Shown here: piece after piece, positions 22,731 to 40,129 of the stretch
How positions within the stretch are numbered: the stretch's first letter is position 1
How the letters are laid out: each line of letters begins with the position of its first letter
NCBI GenBank assembly: GCA_050084515.1
Contig: CM114271.1
Span: forward strand, 5,146,001 to 5,210,000
DNA: 64,000 nucleotides
Direction of reading: 5' to 3'
From: Blasia pusilla
Taxonomy: Eukaryota
The notes under the pieces: model-generated
The model's input: only the letters and a program-made list of their open reading frames with translations
What the model was told of the DNA's origin: nothing
The model's database searches: none
Made by a program: the position numbers and the translations under genes

Positions 22731-25700
22731 TTAGAACATTCATGACGAAACATGCCTAGGAAGAGGATCGCCTAGGAAGGGAACTGAGATCGTCCATAAC
22801 ATCCTGCAAAATTGTCCATGGGATTTCTCGAAGTATGAAATATTTCACCGCTTTTCGCACTCCAGAAATCCTTGAATGACGAGCGGCTCCGCGAAAAAGG
22901 CTCCTCGAGGATCATCACAACACCCAAACCTTTCTTTCCCGTCCGGCAGCAAAGGCTTCCAGTCCATAGCTTATTCATGTTCAGAACATGTCCAGTCTTG
23001 CCATCAGAGCAAGAACACTAGCGCCAACTGAGTTCTCCTCGACCCGGTTTTCAGTATCAATCCCGCCATTCCGTTAAGGCCCAGACAGAATTCTCACGTG
23101 CGCTGGGACGCAAAATCTGCGCGGTTCTCTTATCGCCCGTGAATCGAAAATCCACTCACTGAATTCTTCTCGTCCTCCGTGTGCAGGGGTCGAATCGGCG
23201 ATCCGCATGCACCACTTCAGGACTTTCTTGTTGGGACGGTCCCCAAAGCCACAGTGTCTCCCTCCCTCCCTCCCTCGCCAAACGAAGCTCGGTGTAGATC
23301 ATCCGAATGGCGATTACCAGTTTCTTACTACAGTCCCCGAGCGCGACGAGGTGGTCTTCGTTTGGTCACTCGCTCACCGAGTGACCAAACGAAGACCTGA
23401 CATCATCTGAATTGCTCAAAGGTGATCTGTTACCGGGAAACTCGACTTAGAAGGCTCATGTCACATAAGATATGGTTTCTACGCATCAACGCAAGCGCAT
23501 GGAAGAACCTTTGAGAGGAGGGAAAAAAACAAAGAAGAAGAAGAAAGTTCATGTAAACGACTAAAGCCAAAGATTAAGTCATGCACCGCGATCACCTAAT
23601 ACATAAAGAACTCATCTATATTATTAGTCCAAAATGCGTATGCCATTTAAAAACAAAATTGTTAACAAATATTTTAATAAACAAGCTCTTCACATGAGAA
23701 TGAAAATTAGCTCGAGAAGACAAAGATTCGGGTTTCAAAAGAAGTTAGTGGGGAGAACAACAAATGTCAATCAATTAGAGGCCGAAAAAGACAGGTATCA
23801 CCAATAGGGAAGACACCCCGTATAAGGGCACTCTAGCATAATAATATAGATTTATTTCGACCTCTACAAATACGTCTCTTCATAAATATCTCTTAGGGTA
23901 GCTCCACATCATAGATTTTCGATAGGCAAGCCCTCCAACTAATGTTTGTCACTACGTGGGATCAACTCATATGCCAAGTATCCTAGGATTCTAAATAGAG
24001 GATCCAAGTTGTGATGAATGCTTGGCTGATCACAAATCTCTAGCCTCTAGTGAGGAGGCGGCAACTAGACCCACCCGTCGGCTAGTGTTTTGAATACTTG
24101 GCCTGAGTTTGCTATGTTCGCATGAGACGGGTAGCTTTGTTTGTTCTTCTCCTTGATACTCCTTGGTAATGCCGTCGATCATTCACGCCTCCCCTCTCAC
24201 GCTCAATCAAACCTCCACCAATCCTTGAAAGAACTCTTCAACTCATGCGTGCGATGAGCAATTCGATGTTGTTGCCTATGGGGGAGTGTCTACCCATACA
24301 CGATCAACTTGTTGATTCACCTTATGCTACACCAACATTTGTTTTCTGTCTTCCTTCATCACTTCTTTCAATTGTGGTATTTTGCGATCAACTTTCTCGT
24401 CCCCCAAATAATGTGATTGCCTCTTACTATGTATGAACATTCTAGTCCCTAAAGACATCTCATTGCTTAGTGCCGCATCTGATCTTTGCTTAGCGCCGCA
24501 TCTAATTCTGATTTGCGGAGACTCATCTTAAACCTACTCAGGTTCATGTCCCTGCTTCCCTATTCCCCTCAAATGCAAATGCTACCTTTGTGGCCAACAC
24601 CTTTTTTCATTTTTCCTTATGCATTAATTGCTTAGTACCGCATCTAATTTTGACTCGCAAAGATTCATCGTACCTAATCAGGTTCATGTCCCTACTTTGC
24701 TTTATCCCTCAAATGCAACTACTACCTTTGTTGCTCACACCTTTGTTTGTTCTTATGCACGTAGGTGAAACCCTCGCCTAGTTGCGTTTGAGGAGAAACC
24801 CTAGGCCAGTGTTTCTTGTTTTGTCTTCTTAGAAATATTATAGTCTTCAAACGTATCCTGTTGGTTAGCGTTGCGTCTGATGTTTACCTTGTACAAGCAA
24901 CCATCGAGAAGTTATCAAAGCAAAGAAATTTTGAAGCTTGGAATCTATGTTTCTCTCATATGATACACTGTGGCAATATCTATTCTAATTCATCTTCCTG
25001 TCTGATTTAAGTAGCATTTTTTGGTTGGTAGGTAGCAGGCTCGTCACGACTTGGCTGTTTTGATCTGTTAAAATTTTAGCGATTCATACATCCATGGTTT
25101 TATCCAAAACTTGAACATGGCTCAATTTTTCCAGGTTTCAAACTTGGAGCGCTAACAACTCATTCTTTGTGAACTCAATCCATCTTTGCGCAAATCATCC
25201 TCAAGTGTTCTTTTCCCCTACCAAATGCATTTTGTGCTTCCATGTTGCTGAATACGAGTGCTTGTTGTCATCTCTAGCATTGTAGGAGTAATCAAGACTT
25301 GACTAAACGGTTATGTGCAGCATTCTACTTGCCTTTCACACATGCTACTGCAATTTTACTTCTTGCAACTCCAATTGTTGGCACACTAATCCCTCATCCA
25401 TGAGGTTAGTTATTCAATGTTGTTTTGTCTACGCATTTTGGTGTTAAGCTCATGCTTTGGCGTGAATAGCTTACCAGTATTCACGTAGGTTAATAGAACG
25501 TGTCCATACCTATAGTATCTGTGCGCTCATTTCTTACCTCCTAGATTATTGTTAGAATAAATAAAGCTCCAATTCAATCTAGGCTAGTTGGAACAACCAA
25601 GGTGTCCTTCTACGATGACCTCGACGCCTCATACTAATTTAGATAGCAAAACTTGCTACATATCCACTTCCCTACCCTTCCCTACTATACTTTTGCGTCC

Positions 25701-25799
25701 ACTCTAAAGTTGAAGTTCCACTATCTGAAGTTGACCATGCTTTGCTGGAAATAGTCCTGCAGCAATTCCATGTGATAAACGAGAAACAACAATACCTAG

Positions 25800-28700
25800 C
25801 TTGTACAAAACTTTCCTTGTAGTGTAGAAGAGCAAGCAAAACCACAACTTTCCTACTTCTTCTGAATGAATTTCAAAATCACTTTAAACTTCCAAGAGGA
25901 AAAATTCCCTTCAAATAACAAGATGTTTGTGTAATACATAGCTTGCTGAAGTTTCTTGCTTATCCATTTCCCATCCATCAGCCATTTCTATTTCATCGTG
26001 GGTATTTTTCTGGTTTGACCACATTCTCAAAGTATATCCGAAATAGATCTCGTAAGATTTTTAGTCCCTTCTCATTGTACTAGCCAAAGCCCCTCTTCAT
26101 GCACCCACTATGTCAATCTATTGCCCTATGATAAAATTCACGAACATTTATACTTAATAAGGAGCTAGATAAGCTCAAGAGAGATAAACCTCACATGTTC
26201 GAAGAATACTTATATCATCAGCTCTCCAAACATTTAGTTAGTCCTTAGATCCCACGTAGCTCATCTTGGATCTAGAAGACTTCTAAAGGATCTGAAGGCT
26301 ATGGTGTAAAGATGGGGGATGACACCCATATTTCTAACACTCACTTCACTTCGATGAGGTTTCTGCTATATGATGGTCAAAATTCGTTGATATTAAGTCA
26401 TTAGTAACAAAGTTCGATCCGACCTTTACCTAGCATGATGCTCTAACCGAGTGTGCTCAGCTTTTCCATGTTAAGATCCATTCATTCCTTTCATCATTCA
26501 TCGTCTCAAGACCTCAATACTTGGTAAGGTGCATGACTATCTCATCCGCTATGAGTTACAGGGCACATGTAGTGTGTAGCTTGCACTGCCACATGGTACT
26601 ATGGATAGATATAGTTGAATTGGAACATGTAACATCATAAATATGTACCTACATCCCTAAAGTTTACACACCCAATCCATATTCAACAAACCTAAAAGAA
26701 AAGTAGAAACCATCTGATCTCCTACTAGACTTAGTATTGCATAAAAACTTCATAAATGTGAGGAAGGGGTTTGTATTATCAAAAAGAAATGGTCCAAACC
26801 TTATTGTCGACTTGGGTTCCCTAGTAGTATAAATGTTAACCCTAAATTATTTCACTGATCCAACAATTATGAAATTGAATTACTATAGAAATTCCTTGGA
26901 GAACATTAATGTAATTCCTTATCATCCTCTCTTTTTTATTTTATGGGGAAGCCACATGAACAGAAAAAGGGTTACAAATGCAGATTGGCCATTCTATTCG
27001 CTCAAGTATGCTTTGAAGTATGAACCAACCGGCTCTCTGGATTATAGATACAAAATCAACAAAGTGCCTTGGTCTTGAGGGTTTGGATAAAGTGAAGCTT
27101 AGGCTAGTCTCTATAGTAGTCATGAATTGGTCAGTTTCTTCAACAAAAGTTGCCTTGATGTCTCTCCAAATCCCCATGATTTATAGGTCTCGAACCTTCC
27201 ACTACATTGATTCTAACCCACCAAACCAAAAAAAAAAAAACCTCTAAAAAAATGCATTCACTACATGTATTCATCCTACCAAAATCTAATGGAACAGACC
27301 TCAAGTTGTTAAACTCCAAAAAAATTTCACTATTGGTGAAACCATGAATTACTCACAATTCTTTCAAATATGCAAAATAGAGAAGTTGTTGGCTCGGATA
27401 ACTTAGGTAACATTATAGCAAAGTGAAATCGCATAGTCTGCTTTATGGAGTTTCATCCTCTCCATCAATGGAATGAGTTCTTCTATGTAGTTTTATTAGA
27501 AAACATAATATTTCGTTCACAAGAGAGCATTCTATCATGTCAGGCTTATCGTTGGACATACTTGCATGAGTGTATTCATAGGGGAATCATCAAGTCTATG
27601 GATGATATACATGCTTTGATTGAATCCCATGTAGTTTGAAATTTGTGGAGCCAAGTTCATGAAGTTGAAATTTTAGTGAAAGCCATAGATATACTCGAGG
27701 TTGGATTAGCTATTGAATCATCTAACTACAATGCTATCCAACCTAACTGAACCTGATCATAGCACCCAAGAAACTCAACAAGAAGAAGATTCTGATTGTG
27801 ATGCAAGCTTGTTGAACGCAGAGCAGCAAGTGCTTTTCAAGAAACTTAAGAATATATGATCTAGACTAATACTCCTTTCAAGACCTCCATGTTGTGGTAA
27901 GTCCTTTTTTGTGAAATTCATGTATAAGTTGTGGTCTTCCATAAAGATGTCTCCACTCCTAATTGCCACAACAAGTATTGTTGCTATACGTCTGTATCTT
28001 CAAGGAGATATAGTCCATTCAACGTTTGTTGTTCCTATTCATGATAATCGACGAGCAATGCATGCTACCTCTGTTTCATATTCCAAGCTTAAATCTTCTC
28101 AGGTTATTTTGGTTGACGAATTCTCAATGTTAACCTCTAAACTACTCAAAGTATTAGCCATATGCATGCGTATTCATAAAGTTAAGTTTCACCCTTTAGC
28201 CTCGGCCAACCTTTTGGTGGAAAATTAGTTCTTCTCATCGGAGATCCTTGCCAACTACCCCTTGTGTGCAATCATACGACTTCAATATGTTGCCGCAACT
28301 ATCACATCAGCTCATCCACATTACCTACATTTGCTTGGTCGTATCAAATGGCCTTGTCTATGTGACATTCATAAGATCCTAATTACAATAAGTTCCTCAA
28401 CTCAAGTAGAATCAAGTTACCTATTGAATCTCAGATACATGAATGCTTAGGGCCTTGTTTTGTATATGAAAATGAAGCAATAAATACATATCTTTAGACA
28501 CCACAATCATAATTTGCACACATTGTGAAAAAAAATTAGTTTTAATCTACTTGATCTAAGGCAAATTTTTGGTGATGCTTCAATTGCGGAAGTTGATATA
28601 CTTACTAATACACCAACAAGCACTCAATTTAGTCCATGGATAATGATATGAGATTTCATCACTTACCATTTATTGCAATGCACTCCAAAGTCATGCTTAC

Positions 28701-28950
28701 ATTGAACATCAACTTAAAAATTCAAGCAACCAATGGTTCTCTTGTTTCTATTTCTTATCTCCTTTATGAGAATAACTAGTTGGTTAAAATCATTGTGAAG
28801 CTTGATTCCAATAGAAAATCCATTGCCATTACTAAAACAAACTTCTCAACACTAAGGTATGACTCAACTCAAAAATATACTAAGAGAATATTTCCTTTGG
28901 TATGCCATGACAACTCATAAGAACCAAGGCTCAACCATTACTGATCCATG
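25800..28950 (+). mobile_element. Degenerate Helitron Rep/helicase remnant (boundaries approximate)
   Basis: Rep motifs YLIRYELQG...HCHMVLW (HUH, ~26535-26605) and IPYHP...WGSHMN...YSLKYALK; PIF1 helicase motifs LNAEQQ, decayed Walker A CGKSF, ATTSIVA, ILVDEFSM, GDPCQLP, TNG; many stops. Confidence 0.75.
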
Positions 28951-31900
28951 CTTGTTGGTCATCGCGAGCTCTCCAAGACTCCCTTTCAAGCTTAAAGTTG
29001 TGGGCACGGAATAACCAAGGAACCCGAATATGGGTTCCTTGGTCATTCCAAGGAATATGGGTTCCTTGAAATGACCAAGGAACCCATATTCGGAGATAGA
29101 CATAAAATGAGTGTGCACCATATCTACGCCCTTGCCTCCTCGAGATCCCCCCTCTGTGTTCTAGACACATATGCAAAAATACATAGAATTCTAGACACAT
29201 AGGCAAAAATATTATGCCCAAAACTACAAAGGACAAAGGTAGACTGAGCCATATGCAAAATTCTGGGTTATGTTCAAAGAGCTTGATTTCCCTTGCTCTT
29301 GCTGCGATTGGGAAGTTGTGAAACCTTGAATCCAAAAAGAAAAAGTAGACAAAATGTGCGATTTGGCAAAAATAGGAATTACGATGCCGCAACTGAAGAA
29401 TAGGAAAAAATGAACGTAGAGTTGAATCCATGCAATAGATTGGTATTATAAATAAGGGAAGTGAGTGAGTACCTAGGATGTATACTTCCGCTTGTTGGGA
29501 GATTGGAGAAGGGATTTGAGGTCATGGGCTTGATTGTATCGAGAGGCAAAATGAGCTAGAGTGCATGGTTGTAAATCAAGTTTTGGTTTAGTTAATGCTT
29601 CTATTCGAAGAGTATGAGATAAGATGTTCACTTCATCAAACTCAGGCAAAATAGGAAAGTGGCTTGGATTGTCCACATCTATAGACAATGGCTCAAAATC
29701 TAGAAGTTGTCCATTATCATGGGCCAACTTTATCCTCTCAATGAGATGGCTTGTTTTTGTTGAGGAGAGATCCAACAACATGTTAATGGGAAGATGCATT
29801 TGATGCCTTAGTACCTGAAGCTGATCTAGTATAATGCCTCTAGACACTATATTGAACAATCTTGTTGCATCTTTTTTAGACATGCTAGTCTCTCAGCTAG
29901 TCTCCTTGAAATCTACATTCTTGAATCTGAGAGCCTCCTTCTGAATTCCCATGTGCAAGAATAGTTCTTAGCTCAATATTTAGTGAAAAGAATATCCAAT
30001 GGTAAAGAAGGATGTGAAAGAAGTAAAATGAGCAGAGCAACACAATGGGAAGTACCTGATGCACACAAAACTTAGAATCCCACTTCTCTAATGAGTGTTT
30101 GATTTGCCTCCCAATTACTCCATGCTCCCAAAAAAATGTGTATAGATTTCAGTAAAACAACCTGAGAGTGTTTGACCGTGGATGTAGCTTCTGCACGGGA
30201 AGTGAACAAGGTACATCTTGTGTGATTCATATAGAGTGATTGTCCAATTCTTCCAAAAAATATATGCTTCTAGCATTATGTACACTTCTGTTTACTTATG
30301 CTCCACTTTTGCTACTCCATCACTTCAAGTTCACATGTAGCCACTACTAGGATTCCAGTTTTGTATCAGATTAATTTTTTTTCCATCCAACTCCATTACT
30401 TGGGTAGTGCTCCCCACTTGTATTATTTTGCCTAAATGCATATAGGAACATTTTTGTTACAATGGAATACATTCATTCCTATTCATTATGTGTATTTATA
30501 TGTCATCCTATCTTATTATCATCTCCTTGCCTTCTTATACAGAGTTCTTGTGCTCCTTCATGCTTTTTTGTATTCATGCTTTACTTCAATATTTCTAGTA
30601 TCTATACTCAAGTTTGCTTAGACCACCGTATGAACTTTCTTTCATCCTTTCTTCAATTTCTTTCCAAATCAAAGCAATATCCAATTTTATCTTTAGTGAA
30701 TATGATGCACGACACTCACATCAGAGTCACAACAATACCAAGGCGTGGAAGCTCCATTGTGAGGAAGTCATTACCAACACTCCATCCATGCGGCATCAAC
30801 ATGGACACTACTATGGTTCCAAATCTGCTTTTGGGCAACAGTACATAGGAGGCTGGCGTAGTGCCTCCAAAAGTGTACGAGTCCACTGCATCAGCACTTA
30901 GTACAATGGAAAATAAGTCACTTGTTCTTAAGGGTAGACTTGTAGATGCTAATTAGTTTTTGCAATCAGCAAGGGCCGATAGTTACAAAAATGCTCTTGC
31001 TTTGGCTGAGGCAAAGAAAAGATTGCTCCAAGAAAAAGCAGTGTCTCACAAGTTTCTCTAGCTAGTGTAGATACTAGATATTTGTATTTGTCAATATGAA
31101 AGATTGAAGAAACAAGTTTCAGTCATTAAGATTATATTCCAAGCGTAGTTCTTCACAGAATCACTTTAGCAAATCCCACTACATAATTTGCTCCTTCCAC
31201 TCAAGCCATATGTTTACTCATATTGAGGATGTTTACTCCAAGGTTGTACTCTATGTGGCTTTATAATAACTCCATGATATTCATTTTCAGTTCCTTGTAA
31301 GATCAAGTGTTGGTCTCCTAGATTCCTTATGATGGTCTCACTCAAGCTTGTCCATATATGCTACTCTTATATTCAGATATCTTCTAAATGATCTTAACTT
31401 TGCATTCCTGCATTAGGATAATTCTCATCATTCATGCAATCACTACAATTATTGCTTTACCAACATAATTCCATTGCACACGCTTCCATACTACCAAGGC
31501 CTTCTAATACTCACAACTCTACTTCATCTTTCTTCGATTCAAAGCTATGTCGTTCACATATCCTATTTGTAGATGATGTACACGTTTTACCAAGTTTTCA
31601 TGTACAACATGCACTTCCCACTGAAAAATAATTTTAACATATAACTACCATTGTAATGTCAAGTTTCCATCAGCTCGCACTACCCTATTGCACCTTCATC
31701 TCATCCCATTTATAATTCCTTTCCACCCGTCCATTAACAACTTCAGGATACTTCGACACTCACCACAAATAAAATGTTTTCCCTAATCAACATTAACCCT
31801 AATTATGTCTTAATCCTCCCACAATTACAATGCCTTGGTTTCCTTCACTTACAAACCACCACCAATTCAAGACTTTGCTAGGCCCTACACTTGTTTATTT

Positions 31901-32707
31901 TCTTTCTTTAAAAATAATTTAAGAAAGGAGAGAGAGGTCAATTACATGAAATAGTAGGTAATTATATAGGTTATACACAATCAAACTATCACTACATGAA
32001 TTAATCTATCCATATTTGTAGTACTAAGAAAGGGATCACTAAATGGGGAGGTTATAAGATAGTACGATTTACGCTCATAAATATTCTTAAGGACTTTACA
32101 CTCTAATGATAGAACTTTTCTAGTTACCCACACGGAATTGGGATTCTTTGGTTGCTCTATCTTTTAACACACCATCTACTTCATTACACTTTCAATCCTA
32201 GATTTCACATAAGCTATCTCACTTTTAGGAATCAAACTAGTTTGATTTGCATGGGTTATCTAGAAGAAAAATATTTGGCTAGAGAGGGAATTTCATGAGG
32301 GGAAAATGGGGAGGAACATCTTAGTGATAGAAATGGTTGGAAGACTTTTGTGAAAAAAATTTGGATAAGAATCACACATGAAATTTTCATATTACAAAGA
32401 CATCTTCATAATAATGGAAACAAGAAAAAAGACAAACGAATACCATCATGGTTGCACAAAAATAGACAAGTTTGTCCCTAGGGCGGACATGAAAGGACAA
32501 GTGTAGATATGAATTTAAAGAGGTAAGGCCCATACTTATAGCTCGTGGTAAGAGGAAAAGGAGGGTCGAGCGGAGCAATAAGGGGGGAGGAAGTGGAGGT
32601 GGGGGAAGGAAGAAATGGGAAAGTGCAAAACATAGAGGCAAGTATGAGGATAAGAAAGAAGGGGAAGGTGGGATCCACATGGATAAGTTCTTCCATAAGA
32701 CGAACGT

Positions 32708-33886
32708 TATCGTGTCAAGAGCTTTTCTTCGAGTAAGGACGGACCTTCTAGTTGCAGCAAACATTGATGTAGGATGAAATCTTTAAAAAGTTATCCTTTT
32801 TCAGTACAAAATTACTATATACACACCTATGAAGTCTCTCTAAACTACTTTACGCTTGTAGACAAGAAAAATAACACGACTAGTATTAAACTCTGCTTGA
32901 GCAGATGTATTTAAATCCATAGATTATTAAATAAAGACAAACAAAATATAATCCCAAATCCTTCCGTATGTGCTAATAGGAAGTATCACTAGAGTTGGTG
33001 ATTTCATAATGTGGTTCATGAATGCCTCCCCAAAAAGATAAACTAGATAATTAGTAAACCAATGCATATCTACAAAGGAAATCTTCATGTGGTATGGATT
33101 AAGAAAGGAAAATCGAATACAAATCGCGCTCCACCCCTATTCATAATTGATTGACATTTTCTATTCTCCTAAAAAATGGGGTTATAATAGAGTTGCTCTC
33201 CCAAGAGGGCTAATCCATTCTCATTGAAAAAGTAACATCTCCAAATCCATCCACTATCCCTAAACTAACAAGAACTCCCCAAATAACCATTTTCACACAT
33301 ATCACACTATAGAAAACTCTCGAAGAATAAACCATGATCAAGTCACTCTCCCAAGAAAGGTAATTCACTCTCATTGGAAGAGCAATGAGAGTGATCATCA
33401 TGGAGAGGAGAGAAATTCGAGGAATGAAGTAGAAGGTGATGAGCCCTTAAAAGTCCCTCCTCTTTAAATATACTCATAAGAGATTCACAAGAATACAAAA
33501 TGGGGTTAATCTTATCTTGTGTTACATGGCTTGCTCTCAAGGCTTAACCAATCCATTTTGACACAAGTAGATTATTTGTTATCTTTTCCAAAATATCCTC
33601 ATCAACTCAATTCATATCCTCCAAATTACCCTAACTATCCTAGCCACCAACCAAGACTACTTTAACTTTATTTTCATAAATACATCAATCCACTACTTTA
33701 CTTTTATATCCGAGGTCTTATTTATTATCTCTTTTCCTAAAATTGGGCTTGCACAAATGAGACAACATAAAGAAGTTTAAACAGGAAAATCTTATTTTCT
33801 TAAGTTAATTTACTTAATACTTATAAAACTCTCTGTAACTCTAATAATACAAGAGTTTACATAGTAGATCATTTTACTATACGACA
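32708..33886 (-). mobile_element. Solo LTR of family D
   Basis: Full-length diverged match to 53705-54982; ACGT target-site duplication (32704-32707 and 33887-33890). Confidence 0.82.
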
Positions 33887-36800
33887 ACGTAAGTCCAATG
33901 ATATGGAAACGTCCGTGGACGTATACTTTGTCCACATGCCTTGATTACCATAAGAGGACAATCTCTTTTGAAAGAAATAAAACTCTTTCCGAAAAGGAAA
34001 TACCATGTGTTGTATTACCTCTTATGGATAGATAATAAGATGATTATATATGGCAAATTTTTGAATGGAATGAGGAGATATATTTTTCTTCTTAGAGTTA
34101 TGAGTATTTTCAATTAAAATATTTTCTTTGATTAATGGGAAAATATCTTGAAATGGAGAATTTTCTACCTTAATAAAAATATGGAGGAGATGAACTGCAT
34201 CACACATTGACGTATGCATTTCATGGAAATTTGATTAGGTTAATACAAAGAGGGTCTCCCACTATAAGAAAAAATTCATTAAAAAATTATAAGATGGAGT
34301 TAGTTATTCAGGTTTCACCCTATTTTATTATTGGGAGTTTTTGAATCAAAATTGAATATTTTGTATGAAGGTCCAAAGACTCACATAGGATATTTAGGGG
34401 ACTTTTTAAAGGCACATATGGGTATTTCTTCGTGGTGTGGCCATAAGAATATTTGCATGGTAGGGAAAATTTTAAATGGAAACTTTCCATAAAAGAATGA
34501 GAGAATTGGTTATTACATTATTCCATGGTGAAAACTACTAAAAAAACTATGGCTCATAAGTTGTTTACTAGTTATAAATATTATAATATGTTATAAAATA
34601 TATGTATGTATGAATAATAGAAAACACTATTATTTAATTATCTTGATGGTCAACATGGATTCCAAATAAAAGAAAAACTTGAAAATTCTATGCTCTATCA
34701 TTTTTTATGGACTTTCAATGTGTAGGTCTTATTTTAAGATGAAGTAGGGAAATAGTTTTAAATAGGGAAGGGAAAATAGGGAAGTGAATTTTAATTTTGG
34801 AAGAGAGATGATATATTTTAGCTTTAGTTTAATTTAAAATTATTTTCGATTGGCCTTTTTCACGATTAGAAATAATTCTATTCTCATGGTCAAATTTTAT
34901 TAAAAAAATACTTTACTTGCCTGAAACTTACTTTCCTAATGAAAAATTGTGTGTGATATTATTTGCAGTAGATCTTCAAATTTTCAACATTAGAAGTGAT
35001 GCACATTGTGGCAAAAGAAGTGTCTATATAGATATTCTATATAATTTTTCACACCTAATGAGGAAAAAATATTTTTATAACATAAGTAGTCACTTGATAT
35101 ATGAAAAGCATTAATAATTAGGCCAAATTGAAAAGGAATAACTCAATACTATATTGATACTAGAAATAACATGCCTATGTAATTCCTTGAGTCTTTTGAA
35201 AATGGTGTAATTATTCTTTCATTTTCAAGTTTGAAAATTTTTGGAACAAGAAAGCATAAAGGAAAATTTATGATATTTGGAAAAGCCATGGGAGATAATG
35301 ATGAGTTTCAAAAATAAGAAAATTAAGAAATAAAATTAGGAATGGAAATTTTGTAGAATTAGAAAAGATGTGCCATTCCAAAAATTGGGAAAAGATTTCC
35401 AAGAGGTTTTTTTCAACGACTTATTTTTGCAAAATAAATTATGAGAGAAACCTTATTTGAAAAAAATACTAGGCCATCATTTCAAGGAAAAAGAAAAAGA
35501 AAACCTTTGAAGGATTATTTATAAAAATATCATTCAATGAAACATTTGGATGTGTGTAACAATTCTGAAATTTAAAATGAAAGATTTTCATAAATAAGAA
35601 TATAAATGGGATATGGATAATAATATAACTAATCAAAGCCCAACTATAATCTCCATGCTAGCAAATTATATTGTTTGGAAAATTATAAAATAACAATTTG
35701 GAGGATGTCATGCATTAGTAGATCCCAATATAAAATGAATTGGATTTGAATCTATTAATGAGCCACGGCACTAATGTTATAAGCAAGACAAGAGATTTAT
35801 CTATAAATGATTATACCCTCTACAAGTTCTCATCGTTTTCGTTTCTAGACACCTAGACCATCCACGTGTCCTACACACCGATGTGTTAATTACTCTCTTC
35901 TCCACCCGTCGCAAAAGCGCTGGTTTCTACCGGTAGGATCATTCACGGCAAAGATGAAATTTTTAAACACCGAAATTATAATTGTCACATCCTTCCACCA
36001 CCACGGAAGACTTTTAAGGGCCGGATCCTATTCCGTTGTGTCTCTCGAAAACTTTTGTCCATTGTCTTAACTACCCCCTCTAAATGGGAAAATCAAATTA
36101 TACAACAATTATTCAATGATAAAATGATTTTTTGTTTGGGTTGTCCATTTAAAACAAAAAAAAGTTCGTAGCGACCTGCTCCGCCGTCGATGGGATCCAG
36201 CCCTAAGGTCCGTCCACGGAATGTAATACGGTCGGTCGTGGTGAGGCTCCAAAAGTCCAACGGCGTGTTCTGACGTCGTAGATCGTCGTAATGATGATGT
36301 CTGATTCGCTGCCAGCCATCCGTACAGAAAGGTGCTCCTACAATTCAAACGCTGTACGTGATCTCTCTCCTGCGTTGGATGTGCCTCATCGACGGGAAAC
36401 TGGCTGGGCGTCTGATTTTCGTCGATGAGGAACATCCAAGTCGTCCGCCTCGTCCCAGCCAAGGATCGACGACGAATGAAGACAGCGACGGGAGTTTACC
36501 TACCCGTGAACGGGTAAGTAACCACCTTCCGCGATCAGTATGCCGTCAGCGGTCGTTCGTCGCAAAGAGCGGAATGGGCCGGGCCGGCCCCGGAAGATCC
36601 CGACGAACAGTCCACTTCCTTCCCACGGCAACTACACACGATCGATCTCTGTGCACTCTGTCAGCTTCTGCAGACTTACGATGAAAGTCCATTTTCACGG
36701 GTTGAGAGATTTCCGGATATCCCAAAGTACAGCAATCCGATTACATCTTGTAACAAGAGAAATCGGGATACTTTCAGGCATCAGAGATATTCAATTCTGC

Positions 36801-37697
36801 AGGGTGGCGCTACATGCATGTTGCGGTACTGTGAGGTGGAAGACACGGACTGTGTTCGCCATCAAATCCGCCGTTGTATCTTCAGTCTCTCGCAAATCTG
36901 CATCGTTGCAGACAGGATCAACACAATTTCAGGTAGAGCTACAATCAGGAGGAATTATATTCCAGATTTCGCTGATGCTGTTTACAGCGTCTCTTACAGG
37001 ATTCTCTCAGGTATTTATATCTTAAGGATGGACATCATCGTCCACTCGGAAGATCGAATTCGATGGAGGGGGCACGTCGCATTGTGTCGTGAGCGAGCGG
37101 CAAGATATTTGCAAGGCCGGGGCGCGATTTGGCTTTGAAGAGGCATGGGCATGTGTACCGGTCTCAAGGGGCATCGATCCAGACGTACGCGGACTAGTGA
37201 GATACGTCTGACGTAGAGCAGGTAAGTGAAGGTTACAACTCGTGATGAAATGACGACACGCCGCCGTCATGGAGCTGCGAGGGCTCAGCTGAAACGCTGC
37301 GAACTGCAGAGGATGTTCATGGTCGTCGTCCCGGGACACGGTGGTGAGAACTTGCCCAGCAAACGGCAGCGGCCAAAGTTTCTTTTCCTCTCAACCAATT
37401 TGCGAAACAAAACTACGACGCACAGGTCAATCGACCGAAAAAGTTCCTTGATGACTATCCACTTTGTACAGAACACAGCGATCGAAAACAGGTTTTAAAA
37501 ATCATTTAGAGCGTATCGGTGGCATTTCATCTCATATCATATGTTACAGCTATAAGCAGACAGACAAGTGATGGAATCATGGAATTGCCATCCCATCCAT
37601 CCCGCACAACTCCTCGCTGGCTCTTCGACCCTCATCTCATATTATGTACAAACACGTCTGCACGATACAAATCTGTACTACTGTGTTGATTATATAC

Positions 37698-40129
<2,432 letters not shown>

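Noticed and set aside
29100-32700. Short ORFs (e.g. 29473-29883, 30614-30901)
   Set aside because: No recognisable domain; probably decayed repeat sequence.
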